Assembly (NCBI GenBank): GCA_041655595.1 | Contig: JBBAFB010000001.1 | Location: 2,168 to 66,167 of the forward strand | Reading direction: 5' to 3' | Length of the DNA: 64,000 nucleotides | Source: Bacillota bacterium | GTDB taxonomy: Bacteria > Bacillota > DULZ01 | In this document: one piece after another, positions 46,266 to 54,637 of the stretch | Layout of the letters: the number at the start of each line of letters is the position of its first letter | How positions within the stretch are numbered: the first letter of the stretch is position 1 | Program-made: the position numbers and the translations under genes | Notes under the pieces: generated by a model | What the model saw: only the letters and a program-made list of their open reading frames with translations | What the model was told of the DNA's origin: nothing | The model's database searches: none

Positions 46266-46288
46266 GTTCGGTGATTGCTGAGCAATCA
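46266..46288. promoter_or_regulatory. Perfect inverted repeat CGGTGATTGC-tga-GCAATCACCG immediately 5' of the Trx-like gene RBS
   Basis: 10-bp arms, 3-nt spacer, no flanking U-tract, so operator- or attenuator-like rather than a terminator. The half-site CACCGA is repeated once more at 46258-46263. Confidence 0.5.
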
Positions 46289-46369
46289 CCGATAAAAGCT
46301 ACGGATTTTAGTATCATTTTGAAAACCGACTAATAAATATCAAATAGCGACCAAACAATAATCAAGTAA

Positions 46370-46663
46370 CTAGTATAATACAAAACCATCTACCACTAAA
46401 CGTCTGAATTTGGTGGACCCTTTTAATAGTACCTTCAAACCATCGGGGTTTATCGGGTTTCTTTTATCCACATAAACACTTATTCCGGAGATTTCCTGCT
46501 TTTCGAAATCTTCCGCTTCGGCTTTTTCCGGTTTTCCCGCAAACACGGCAGGAATTTTATAAGCGCCCCCTCACCCACGGCTGATTTCAACCAGCAAGGT
46601 TATGGTATCCGTCTTTTCTTTGATGTACTCCAATGCGTCCTCAGCAAAATTTACTTCTACCAA
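46370..46663 (-). CDS. Small ORF (97 codons) with one in-frame UGA at codon 31: candidate selenoprotein, or a very recent nonsense pseudogene
   Basis: Minus-strand TTG start at 46663 (RBS GAAGGTGA). Frame is open for 30 codons (MVEVNFAEDALEYIKEKTDTITLLVEISRG), then TGA at 46571-46573, then 66 more codons in the same frame (GGAYKIPAVFAGKPEKAEAEDFEKQEISGISVYVDKRNPINPDGLKVLLKGSTKFRRLVVDGFVLY) to TAG at 46370. Own promoter upstream, terminator-flanked, not in the ORF track. Confidence 0.35.
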
Positions 46664-46735
46664 TATAATCACCTTCTTTGTTTGTTGTTTTGGAAAATCT
46701 AAAACCGATCCGGAGTCTGCATTAAATTTGTTTCA

Positions 46736-46765
46736 ATTGTACTATATGTGATAATTAGCTGTCAA
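46736..46765 (-). promoter_or_regulatory. Sigma-A-type promoter TTGACA-N18-TACAAT upstream of the UGA-containing small ORF
   Basis: Minus-strand TTGACA at 46760-46765 and TACAAT at 46736-46741, about 70 nt upstream of the TTG start. Confidence 0.45.
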
Positions 46766-46813
46766 TGGATTTAGCGTAACATAATCTTTAGATATTGCAT
46801 AAATTTATTATAA

Positions 46814-46846
46814 CAAAAAAAGACCCGCTGTTGAACAACGGGCCCT
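46814..46846 (-). terminator. Rho-independent terminator downstream of the 8-TM membrane protein gene
   Basis: Minus-strand hairpin GGGCCCGTTG-ttcaa-CAGCGGGTC (one mismatch) followed by TTTTTTTGTT. Confidence 0.5.
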
Positions 46847-46865
46847 TTCATTATCAAAAAATACT

Positions 46866-47741
46866 TTAATTGTTTTCTTTAGCTGCTGAACCCAAAGATA
46901 GTAGCGGTCTGCGATCCACTAAGGTGCCGCCGATCTTTGGTGATAACAATAACAGCAAGGTAAAGAGACCGGCGGCAGTTCCTACATAAAATTCTGCCTG
47001 ATAGTAATTTCCCGTTAGAATTGTTCCTGTCCCCACGGCAAATAAAGCATTAGCTATAACGGCCAGCCAGTATCCCTTGACAGTGCGCCCCGCAAGCAAC
47101 GGTATGCTTACCAAGGCCAGGAATACACCCACTATTACTATTGGGGTGCCGATGGCATTGGAATAGCCCATATATCTGGGGTCGGTCATTAATAAACTCC
47201 ATAAGATCCTAAAGGCTCCGTGAAAATTTGCAAAATTCCAGGCGGCGGTTAATCCCAGCGCCATAAATACCACAATGCTGATTGCCTTTTGTTTACCCGA
47301 GGCCTTTTCCAAGAGTAAAATCATCAAAAAAGGTATTAAGCCCAAGGTCATCATTGCCACGGCATTCATGACATAGTCCGTTGCAAATTTTACCATGGGA
47401 CCAATTAAAGCTGCACCTGAAATACAGGGAATAGCTGCCATGCCCAATGCAAAGGGTCTGGCCCAATAATCACCTCTGTTAATCGGACCGGCAAGCAGAA
47501 GTAAGATAACACCGGCAATTATAGAAAGGGCACTCCAAAAAGGATACCAAAAGGTTACCATTTTTGGAGCAGCCACTATAGCCGGGTTACCTGCCTCCGC
47601 AATAAATTTATAAGCATTTAACAAAATTACCCCCTGTGCATTCATGGCTAACTTTGGTATAACAAAAATACAAATTAAACCTCCAACAATGGCAGTAATA
47701 GCCCCTATTTTCCGTTGACCGGCTGTAGTGTTATTAGTCAA
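46866..47741 (-). CDS. Polytopic (about 8 TM) membrane protein of unknown function
   Basis: Hydrophobic throughout. Preferred start is TTG at 47741 with an AGGAGGG RBS 7 nt upstream. The ORF track starts 12 codons earlier at 47777, also TTG, with no RBS. Confidence 0.5.
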   Translation of the reverse strand: MTNNTTAGQRKIGAITAIVGGLICIFVIPKLAMNAQGVILLNAYKFIAEAGNPAIVAAPKMVTFWYPFWSALSIIAGVILLLLAGPINRGDYWARPFALGMAAIPCISGAALIGPMVKFATDYVMNAVAMMTLGLIPFLMILLLEKASGKQKAISIVVFMALGLTAAWNFANFHGAFRILWSLLMTDPRYMGYSNAIGTPIVIVGVFLALVSIPLLAGRTVKGYWLAVIANALFAVGTGTILTGNYYQAEFYVGTAAGLFTLLLLLSPKIGGTLVDRRPLLSLGSAAKENN

Positions 47742-47927
47742 TTGATTTCCCTCCTGTCTTATTATCCAATCAGACAAAAAAGGTTGCTGAAGGGAGGCTG
47801 CTCATTACTTATTCATATTAAATGCATCCCCGAGGGTCCTGCCGGCCCTTCAAAGCCTGAAATAGCCCCGGTGGCATTCCAATAATAAATCAGTTAAAAA
47901 GCATTTCAGCAACCAAAATCATTTCAG

Positions 47928-48698
47928 CTAATTTAGCTTTTCTACGTGGAAAAAACCAGCTAATTTATCTGCATTATCTAACACAAAAGCTGCCCTTTGA
48001 TTCCAAGTTTTTTGCCAACTCTTTAATTGGGATTCGGTTACACTGGGATCGTCAGCCCCGATCTTTGCCTGTAACACTTCTAAATCGGGAGTATTAGGCG
48101 GTTGAGCCAGCATTAAATTATAAATAACTTCAACCTTTGCACCAGTGTCTCTCCTTTCCCAAATCCACTTCATTTGCGGTGGCGGAGTACCCGATGGCGC
48201 ATCGGGATAAATGAGCAAATCCCTTCTATTGTATTTTTCTCCGAAGGAAGACCCCGGGAAGCCCGAGTCGGCAGTGGCCCCTGTTATAAACTCAAAGATA
48301 TCTCCAAAAACCCCCACATACCACTCGTTCGCCGGTCCCGGCGCATGAATGATAATTTGTCCCCTCTCGGGAACCTGCCCATCGGGATACAAAGCCGCCA
48401 GGGCCTTTTTTGTGATACTCCAAGCCCCCGCGGTAGCCGCACAATGGTGGCCGGCAAATTTAACTACCTCTTGATAAAAATAAGGTATGGGCCCATCCAC
48501 TTGTCCCATAATCTCAAGAAATTGATCTCTCATCATAATCGGCTCTTCCTGATTAATTGCGGCTACCTTAAAATAACTGTAGGGTGCCTCTTGGCCGCTG
48601 CCCACTACGGGAGCTTTTGCTTGCGAACTGCAACCTGTAACCGCTAAGGCCAAAACTAACATGCAGGCAAACAGGACTGATAAGCTGTTTCTTTTCAT
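47928..48698 (-). CDS. Lipoprotein of unknown function (possible FmdE-like GHHC motif)
   Basis: MKRNSLSVLFACMLVLALAVTGC lipobox with AAGGAGGGG RBS. The track start at 48743 is 15 codons upstream. Contains FAGHHCAATAGAW, reminiscent of the GH-C-G motif of FmdE-domain proteins. The FmdE assignment is uncertain. Confidence 0.45.
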   Translation of the reverse strand: MKRNSLSVLFACMLVLALAVTGCSSQAKAPVVGSGQEAPYSYFKVAAINQEEPIMMRDQFLEIMGQVDGPIPYFYQEVVKFAGHHCAATAGAWSITKKALAALYPDGQVPERGQIIIHAPGPANEWYVGVFGDIFEFITGATADSGFPGSSFGEKYNRRDLLIYPDAPSGTPPPQMKWIWERRDTGAKVEVIYNLMLAQPPNTPDLEVLQAKIGADDPSVTESQLKSWQKTWNQRAAFVLDNADKLAGFFHVEKLN

Positions 48699-48798
48699 AA
48701 AAAACCCCTCCTTATTAAGTAAACTTTTACTTTTTTTGATCATTTTTTAATTTCACCTCCTTTTTTATAAGCTAAATTTTCATCGCAGCGATGCAATT

Positions 48799-49590
48799 TT
48801 AAATTTTAGATAACAACTCCTCCCCCTTGTTTTGGGGCGGCTTCTTTTTGTCAAACACGCTGACAACTTCGATGGCATTTTTTGTACAACTTTCTACACA
48901 CTGCAGGCAAAAATTACATTCATCATTTCTAACTAAACCAACTTCAAAAAGTTCCGGACATAAAATGTCCATTTGATTATTTTTACATTCTTTTAAGCAT
49001 CTTTTGCACGTAACACATTTGTCCGGGTTTATCTTCAAACGATAGATCTTAAATTTAGCGATTAATCCCAAAAGGGCTCCCACCGGGCATAAATACTTGC
49101 ACCAAAAACGCCTTTCATAGGCCTCGGCCAATAGTAAAAAAAGTAATACCAAAAGCTCAGGGCTTAGAACTAAACCACGGAAACTAACCGCTCTACAAGC
49201 TACCCCTATTGGACAGATCGAGCAAAACACTGCATATCTAAAAATTGCAGCACCCAGTATAATCGCGGCTAACAATCCGTATTTGATATTTCTGCTTTCC
49301 AAGGGCAGCCTTCTGCTTGTTCTCGGAACCAGTTTGCCCCCATGTTCCAGGATTGTTCCTATGGGACAAATCCAGCCGCAAAAGAGTCTGCCGGTTAGGA
49401 TTGTCACGATTATTAATACCAAGGAAGAAACAAGGGCTGCCAGTAAAAATAAACGGGTAGCTGCCATTGTTTGCAAAACTCCCAAGGGACAGGAGACAAA
49501 GATTACTCCCATTTTCAAAGAACAAAATGCTCCCACGGCAAACAGCATTATAAATAAAAAGATCAACTGAACACTGTGTCGAAACTCCAT
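48799..49590 (-). CDS. NapH/MauN-like membrane-bound polyferredoxin (4 TM + 2x[4Fe-4S])
   Basis: Four TM helices with the cytoplasmic motifs CPIGxxxxxxxxxxxxC... and C-terminal CVTCKRCLKECK / CNFCLQCVESC ferredoxin motifs. Start moved to the ATG at 49590 (MEFRHSV), which removes a 95-nt overlap with the upstream gene. Confidence 0.65.
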   Translation of the reverse strand: MEFRHSVQLIFLFIMLFAVGAFCSLKMGVIFVSCPLGVLQTMAATRLFLLAALVSSLVLIIVTILTGRLFCGWICPIGTILEHGGKLVPRTSRRLPLESRNIKYGLLAAIILGAAIFRYAVFCSICPIGVACRAVSFRGLVLSPELLVLLFLLLAEAYERRFWCKYLCPVGALLGLIAKFKIYRLKINPDKCVTCKRCLKECKNNQMDILCPELFEVGLVRNDECNFCLQCVESCTKNAIEVVSVFDKKKPPQNKGEELLSKI

Positions 49591-49594
49591 TTTG

Positions 49595-50218
49595 TCATCT
49601 CCTTGATTGCCTTTTACTTGCATCCAGCCTAAGCTCAAAGGCAGGGCAGGTATAAGCACAAAGCCCGCAACCGTCGCAAACATCTGCAATGATCTTTGGA
49701 AATCTTAATTTTAGATCACCGGAAACTGAAAATCTGCCCGTTTCGAAAATGTGATCCTCATCCTCAATAATGGCTTCCAGTTCACATAAATCAAAACACC
49801 GATCACAAAATTCCCCATTTGAAAGCACACATTTTTCCGGATCAAGATATGCAGTTCCAATTCCCAATTGGTCAAGGGTAGTTCTTTGCAGAACTCGGGT
49901 AGGACAAACAAGAGTACATTCCAGACATCTGGCACAATAATTATCCGGGGAAGCGAAATATGGTAAACCCACATTGCTATAGCCATCCCGCAAGGTCATC
50001 GCCTTTAAAACGCCTGTTTGGTGGTTTCTGCAGACATCAATACAAATTCCGCAGCGAAGGCAGCCGGTAGTAAAAGCTTCCTCATCTATCGCCCCCGGAG
50101 GCCGCAAAACCGGTTCCTCGGCACCGGCAATCTTCTTTTTGGATAAAGCGAAAAAGCCTAAAAAAAATAAAGTTGTGCTACTTGCAAATCGCAAAAATAC
50201 GCGCCTTGAAAAGTCCAT
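49595..50218 (-). CDS. NapG/MauM-like ferredoxin-type protein with Tat-like signal
   Basis: 207 aa. N-term MDFSRRVFLRFASSTTLFFLGFFALS (SRRxFL twin-arginine-like). Four Cys clusters: CLRCGICIDVC, CARCLECTLVCP, CDRCFDLC, CDGCGLCAYTCP. Confidence 0.65.
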   Translation of the reverse strand: MDFSRRVFLRFASSTTLFFLGFFALSKKKIAGAEEPVLRPPGAIDEEAFTTGCLRCGICIDVCRNHQTGVLKAMTLRDGYSNVGLPYFASPDNYCARCLECTLVCPTRVLQRTTLDQLGIGTAYLDPEKCVLSNGEFCDRCFDLCELEAIIEDEDHIFETGRFSVSGDLKLRFPKIIADVCDGCGLCAYTCPAFELRLDASKRQSRR

Positions 50219-50369
50219 TGTTTACTTCCTCCAATAATTAACTCGCCAAGGGAATTAAATGCATACTTCCCGCTTCTAAAAAACCTTGCCGATCAGCTTA
50301 GTGACAATCCGCACAAGCTTTTTGATAGCTTACCTGACCTAAGAGTATGCCAAGACAAAGTCATGGACC

Positions 50370-50383
50370 TTGATCCAGATCAA
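50370..50383. promoter_or_regulatory. Perfect FNR/CRP-type palindrome TTGAT-CCAG-ATCAA in the divergent napG-like / crp-fnr intergenic region
   Basis: 14/14 match to TTGAT-N4-ATCAA. On the minus strand a -10-like CATACT (50344-50349) puts the box centre about 40 nt upstream of the predicted TSS, which is class-II spacing. About 235 nt upstream of the Crp/Fnr gene on the plus side. Confidence 0.6.
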
Positions 50384-50616
50384 GTTGAGTTTAAAAGTTT
50401 TAATAATTATCTGTGCAGTTTGTTTGACTTTACGATCATCAAAAATTATTTCCTAAATCTTGAAATAGATGTTATAATAGTTTTAAGTTTCACAATATAT
50501 TTATCCTCACTTCGGAACTATTATAAAAATTGATTGCTTTGCTTTCTGTGCCGGCTAAAATAGCGATCGAATACTATATTAGCTTGGAAAAATAAGTAGA
50601 GAAACGGAGTGGTATC

Positions 50617-51300
50617 TTGAACAGTGAGCTTGTTTTAAAACTATCCCAATCTGCTGTTTTTAGAAAGGTTAGAAAAAGCGACTTGGAAGCCTTGAGCAAA
50701 CTGGCTATTAAAAAAACGTACCAAGCAAGACAAGTTATCTGTTCCTGTAATGATTTTTTCCCTTATGTTCTGGTGGTGGATCAAGGTTGTGCCCATGCTT
50801 CAATGATTTCCGACAAGGGACAATCTTTAATTGTCCGCTCACTTAAATCCGGTGATACCTTTTGGGGACACGCGGTAATTGATGGAGGACCTACACCGGG
50901 AACTTTAGCGGCCGCGGTGAACGACACCAAAATTTATTTGTGGCACAAAAACCATCTGATACCAATCCTGAAACAAAACCCTGATGCCCTTTGGGAAACA
51001 CTAGAGGTCCTTATGAGAAGGATGAGACAAGCTGCTTCAACTATTGATCAGTTAGCCTTTAATGATGTGTTAACAAGACTTGCTAACCTCATTCTTAACG
51101 AGTACCGTCACGCGGGGGGAGTGGCCAAGCTGCGTCGTTCTTTAACACTCGAGCAGATGGCCGCCATGGTTAACAGTAACCCCGAGGTGGTCTGCCGCCT
51201 GTTGTATCGGATCAGTGAAGAAGAAATCATTGATATTAATAGAAATGAATTGCTTATTCGGGATGTAAAAAAACTACAGGATTTGGCCGGAATCCCCTAA
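50617..51300 (+). CDS. Crp/Fnr-family transcriptional regulator (effector domain + C-terminal HTH)
   Basis: 227 aa, TTG start. cNMP-binding-like beta-barrel (RSLKSGDTFWGHAVIDGGP), C-terminal HTH RSLTLEQMAAMVNSNPEVVCRLLYRI. No N-terminal Cys cluster, so it is not a canonical oxygen-sensing FNR. Confidence 0.85.
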   Translation: MNSELVLKLSQSAVFRKVRKSDLEALSKLAIKKTYQARQVICSCNDFFPYVLVVDQGCAHASMISDKGQSLIVRSLKSGDTFWGHAVIDGGPTPGTLAAAVNDTKIYLWHKNHLIPILKQNPDALWETLEVLMRRMRQAASTIDQLAFNDVLTRLANLILNEYRHAGGVAKLRRSLTLEQMAAMVNSNPEVVCRLLYRISEEEIIDINRNELLIRDVKKLQDLAGIP

Positions 51301-51320
51301 CAAAATTGCGAAAAACAAAA

Positions 51321-51354
51321 AACCGCTTCCGGACTAAGGAAGCGGTTTTTTCTG
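51321..51354. terminator. Bidirectional rho-independent terminator after the crp/fnr gene
   Basis: Perfect 10-bp stem AACCGCTTCC / GGAAGCGGTT with a 7-nt loop, A-run on the 5' side and TTTTTTCT on the 3' side. Confidence 0.75.
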
Positions 51355-51362
51355 ACATTGCC

Positions 51363-51809
51363 TTAAACAAGGCATTGGCTCTTTAGGGAAAATTCCATTG
51401 AGCAACCCTCATCAGTAGGTTTTACATCCACAAACCAGACATTACAAGCCAACCCTCGACTGAGAGTAAACATCAAGAAAGGATCAATGGGACATAGACT
51501 GTAACCGTTCTTTTTTTTACAACTGCCGTTAGCTTCTTTTAATTGACAACCCTTAATATTTACCAAAATATCACTACTATCAATTATATTTAGCTCTAGG
51601 TTTTGGCAAAAGGGAAATTCCTTTAAAAATGCCTCGTTTAATAAGGCACTTATTTCTTCGTAAGACAAAGGAACCCCGAGCTCTTCCTCAAACAGCTCCT
51701 CTGTTAAGACCCAGGCCATTTTTGCCCTGATATTGTCTATTTCCTTACCCGTTGCACAACCTAGAACCTTTAAATATTTATCCATCAATACCCTTTCTCG
51801 CCCTTCCAT
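51363..51809 (-). CDS. Cys-rich small cytoplasmic protein, unknown function (possibly V4R-like)
   Basis: 148 aa, 7 Cys. No strong motif recognised by eye. The V4R assignment is speculative. Confidence 0.3.
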   Translation of the reverse strand: MEGRERVLMDKYLKVLGCATGKEIDNIRAKMAWVLTEELFEEELGVPLSYEEISALLNEAFLKEFPFCQNLELNIIDSSDILVNIKGCQLKEANGSCKKKNGYSLCPIDPFLMFTLSRGLACNVWFVDVKPTDEGCSMEFSLKSQCLV

Positions 51810-51897
51810 GGCTACCCCCCTCTAAACCGGTTATTTTTTCGGTTTTTATAAAATACGCTACTATTTTGAATTTATCCTTGTTTTGATATTAAAATAT

Positions 51898-53127
51898 TTA
51901 CAAATAACGCCTTAAAAGAGTATTAGCCGCCAAGGGAACGGGAGCTTCAATATAAACCTTTTGTTGAGGGTGACGGGCCGCCTCCAAAGGTAGCCCACCT
52001 TCATCAAGGAGACGACCCAGTTCAAAAACAATATTTTCACCTTGCGGTTGAAGCAACTCCAATTTATCTCCTAATTTAAAAAAGTTTCTCTGTTCCACTA
52101 AAACTTCGCCCTTGTTTTCCCCATTTAGAACTATTCCCACAAAATCAATTACTTTCCCCTCTTTAGTGGTTTTTTCGGCACCCTGAGGTCCCTTAGCTTC
52201 ATTAAAATAGAAGCCTGTGGTAAAGCCCCGATCCGATACCTTCATCAATTCTTCATGCCAAAGGGGATCAAATTGATAGGCCTCCCTCTTTTCCCAAAAC
52301 TGATCCAAGGCCTCTCGATAGACCTTAATTACAGTTGCTACATAGTGAATGCTTTTCATCCTGCCTTCTATTTTCCAGCTTGTCAGTCCTAACTGAGCCA
52401 GCTCGGGGATATGATGAATCATGGCTAAGTCTTTGGAACTTAAAATATAAGTTCCTCTTTCATCCTCTTCTATAGGCAGAAGCTCACCGGTTCTGGTCCC
52501 CTCAACCAGGCTGTAACGCCAGCGACAGGGATGGGTACAGGCACCCCGGTTGGCACTTCTGCCTGTCCAATAACTGCTTAAAAGACATCTCCCGGAATAG
52601 GCCATGCACATTGCTCCATGAACAAACGCTTCTATTTCAATTTCTGCCCTTTTTTTAATTTCTTTAATTTCTTGAATTGCCAACTCCCTGGCCAGAACAA
52701 CTCTGCTGACACCAAGGGTTTGCCATAATTTTATACTTGCCCAATTGGTAGTATTAGCTTGAGTACTTAAATGTATTTTTAAACCCAGATTTAATTCTTT
52801 AGCAAGTAAGATGATACCCGGGTCCGATATTATCAAACCGTCAACTCCCAGATCCGCTAATTTTTTGAGATAAGCCGGTAAGTGCACCAAATCATGGTTA
52901 TGGGCAAAGATATTGATAGTCACATAGACTTTTTTACCATAACGATGGGCAAATTCTATACCTGAGGCCATTTCATCGTGGCTAAAATTGCCTGCACCTG
53001 CACGCAAGCTATAAAGTTGCCCTCCCAGGTAAACAGCATCGGCACCATAAGCGAAAGCAATTTTTAATTTCTCCGAGTTTCCCGCCGGCGCTAATAATTC
53101 CGGTTTTTTCAAATTAGTTTCCTCCAC
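51898..53127 (-). CDS. Peptidase U32 family protein (YrrN/YrrO / RlhA-TrhP-like)
   Basis: 409 aa. N-term KPELLAPAGNSEKLKIAFAYGADAVYLGG is typical U32. Conserved position next to mltG as in B. subtilis yrrL-yrrMNO. Confidence 0.8.
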   Translation of the reverse strand: MEETNLKKPELLAPAGNSEKLKIAFAYGADAVYLGGQLYSLRAGAGNFSHDEMASGIEFAHRYGKKVYVTINIFAHNHDLVHLPAYLKKLADLGVDGLIISDPGIILLAKELNLGLKIHLSTQANTTNWASIKLWQTLGVSRVVLARELAIQEIKEIKKRAEIEIEAFVHGAMCMAYSGRCLLSSYWTGRSANRGACTHPCRWRYSLVEGTRTGELLPIEEDERGTYILSSKDLAMIHHIPELAQLGLTSWKIEGRMKSIHYVATVIKVYREALDQFWEKREAYQFDPLWHEELMKVSDRGFTTGFYFNEAKGPQGAEKTTKEGKVIDFVGIVLNGENKGEVLVEQRNFFKLGDKLELLQPQGENIVFELGRLLDEGGLPLEAARHPQQKVYIEAPVPLAANTLLRRYL

Positions 53128-53133
53128 AGTAAA

Positions 53134-54219
53134 TTATTTTTCGTTGGCGATTCTTTTGGCGGCACTTTCGTGTTCAGCTAAAGTCTTGGAAAAATAATGA
53201 GAACCATCTTTTTCAGCTACAAAAAACATATAATCTACTTCAGCGGGATACAAGGCCGCTTTCAAAGACGATTTTCCGGGGGAGGCAATAGGCCCCGGAG
53301 GTAATCCGCCGTACTTATAGGTGTTATAAGGGGATTCTATTTCCAAATCGCTATACAGCAAAATTTCCTTAGGCTCATCCAGCAGATACTGGACTGTAGC
53401 ACAAGATTCTAGTAACCATTTTGCCTTTAAGCGATTATAAAATACCCCGGCAATTATTGACCTTTCCTCATCAAGCTTTCCTTCCTTCTCAATTATGGAG
53501 GCCATGGTTACTAGCTCTAAAACCGATAAACCTAGTTCCCGCGTTCTTGCCTGCATCTCGGCATCATAAATTTCCCCAAAACGCCTAAGCATGGTATTGA
53601 TAATTTCTTCTGGCGGGGCATTTTCTTTAACTTGATAAGTATCGGGAAACAAAAAGCCTTCCAACCATTGTTCACCTTGAGGCAAGTCCTCTAAAAACCC
53701 ATAAGCAAATCGGCTGCTGTTTACCGTCTTAAAAAAGTCCTTGCTGCTTACCAGTCCCTTATCCTCCAGCCTGGCCGCTATTTGTTTTAAATTAAACCCT
53801 TCGGGTATGGTAAAGGAAATCGAAGGCCCTTGGGTAGATTTGGTCAAACTAAGAGCTATTTTCTCTAATGACCAAGAAGCATCCAGGTTAAAAATGCCCG
53901 CCTTTAAATCCTGATCCAAACCCTTAAAACGGGTAAAATAATAAAATAAATTTTGACTACGGATTAATTTGTGGTCCGCTAATATTGCCCCAATTTTTTT
54001 AGAGCTAGCCCCTTTAGGTATTTCAACCTGCACTAATGCAGAACTTGCGGAAACAGGCTTTAACTGATTGGCAATAATTAAAGACCCACCGAGGGCACAA
54101 GTAAACAGCAACAACAGCCCGAGTAATATAATAGTTGTTTTTTGGGCTTTTTCTTTTCCAGCACCTTTTATTTCATGTTTAATTAGTTGTTTGCTTGTTT
54201 CCAATTTAGAAACCTCCAC
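53134..54219 (-). CDS. mltG: Endolytic murein transglycosylase MltG (YceG family)
   Basis: 361 aa. N-terminal TM then YceG-like domain (…GLPPGPIASPG… near the C-terminus). Confidence 0.85.
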   Translation of the reverse strand: MEVSKLETSKQLIKHEIKGAGKEKAQKTTIILLGLLLLFTCALGGSLIIANQLKPVSASSALVQVEIPKGASSKKIGAILADHKLIRSQNLFYYFTRFKGLDQDLKAGIFNLDASWSLEKIALSLTKSTQGPSISFTIPEGFNLKQIAARLEDKGLVSSKDFFKTVNSSRFAYGFLEDLPQGEQWLEGFLFPDTYQVKENAPPEEIINTMLRRFGEIYDAEMQARTRELGLSVLELVTMASIIEKEGKLDEERSIIAGVFYNRLKAKWLLESCATVQYLLDEPKEILLYSDLEIESPYNTYKYGGLPPGPIASPGKSSLKAALYPAEVDYMFFVAEKDGSHYFSKTLAEHESAAKRIANEK

Positions 54220-54304
54220 ATATGTAGTCTGGACTAATTATAACAGTTCTTGTCAAAATTAAACAGTTAATTAGCAAAAAACCGCCTTTTGGCGGTTAAA
54301 TGTA

Positions 54305-54589
54305 TTATTCTTTGCTCATGGCATCCCAAACTTGGGCCACCATACTCCATTCCTCGTCATCCTCTATCTCATAAAGCACCTCTTCGCCATTATCATCTAC
54401 TTCAATTTTAAGCACCAGGGCCTCCTCTGTGTCTTCTTCTTCAGGCATCAGAACTGCATATTTTTGTCCCTCTACTTCAAAGGCCTCAATTAAAATAAAA
54501 TTAAAGGTATTACCTTCCTCATCAACTAATTCAATGATATTTTCAAAATCCTCAACCATATTAATCACCCTTTCGGCTAGCTTTATCAT
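54305..54589 (-). CDS. DUF1292 (YrzB-like) acidic protein
   Basis: 94 aa. ...FNFILIEAFEVEGQKYAVLMPEE... matches the DUF1292 pattern. Conserved neighbour of ruvX. Confidence 0.7.
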   Translation of the reverse strand: MIKLAERVINMVEDFENIIELVDEEGNTFNFILIEAFEVEGQKYAVLMPEEEDTEEALVLKIEVDDNGEEVLYEIEDDEEWSMVAQVWDAMSKE

Positions 54590-54637
54590 ATCATACTTAA
54601 TAAATCACCAGCATGTCAAACCATTTTTCTGTTGGTG

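Noticed and set aside
49238-49986. Overlapping 91-95-aa ORFs on both strands inside the NapG/NapH-like genes
   Set aside because: Alternative-frame artefacts of the Cys-rich ferredoxin genes with no independent start signals.
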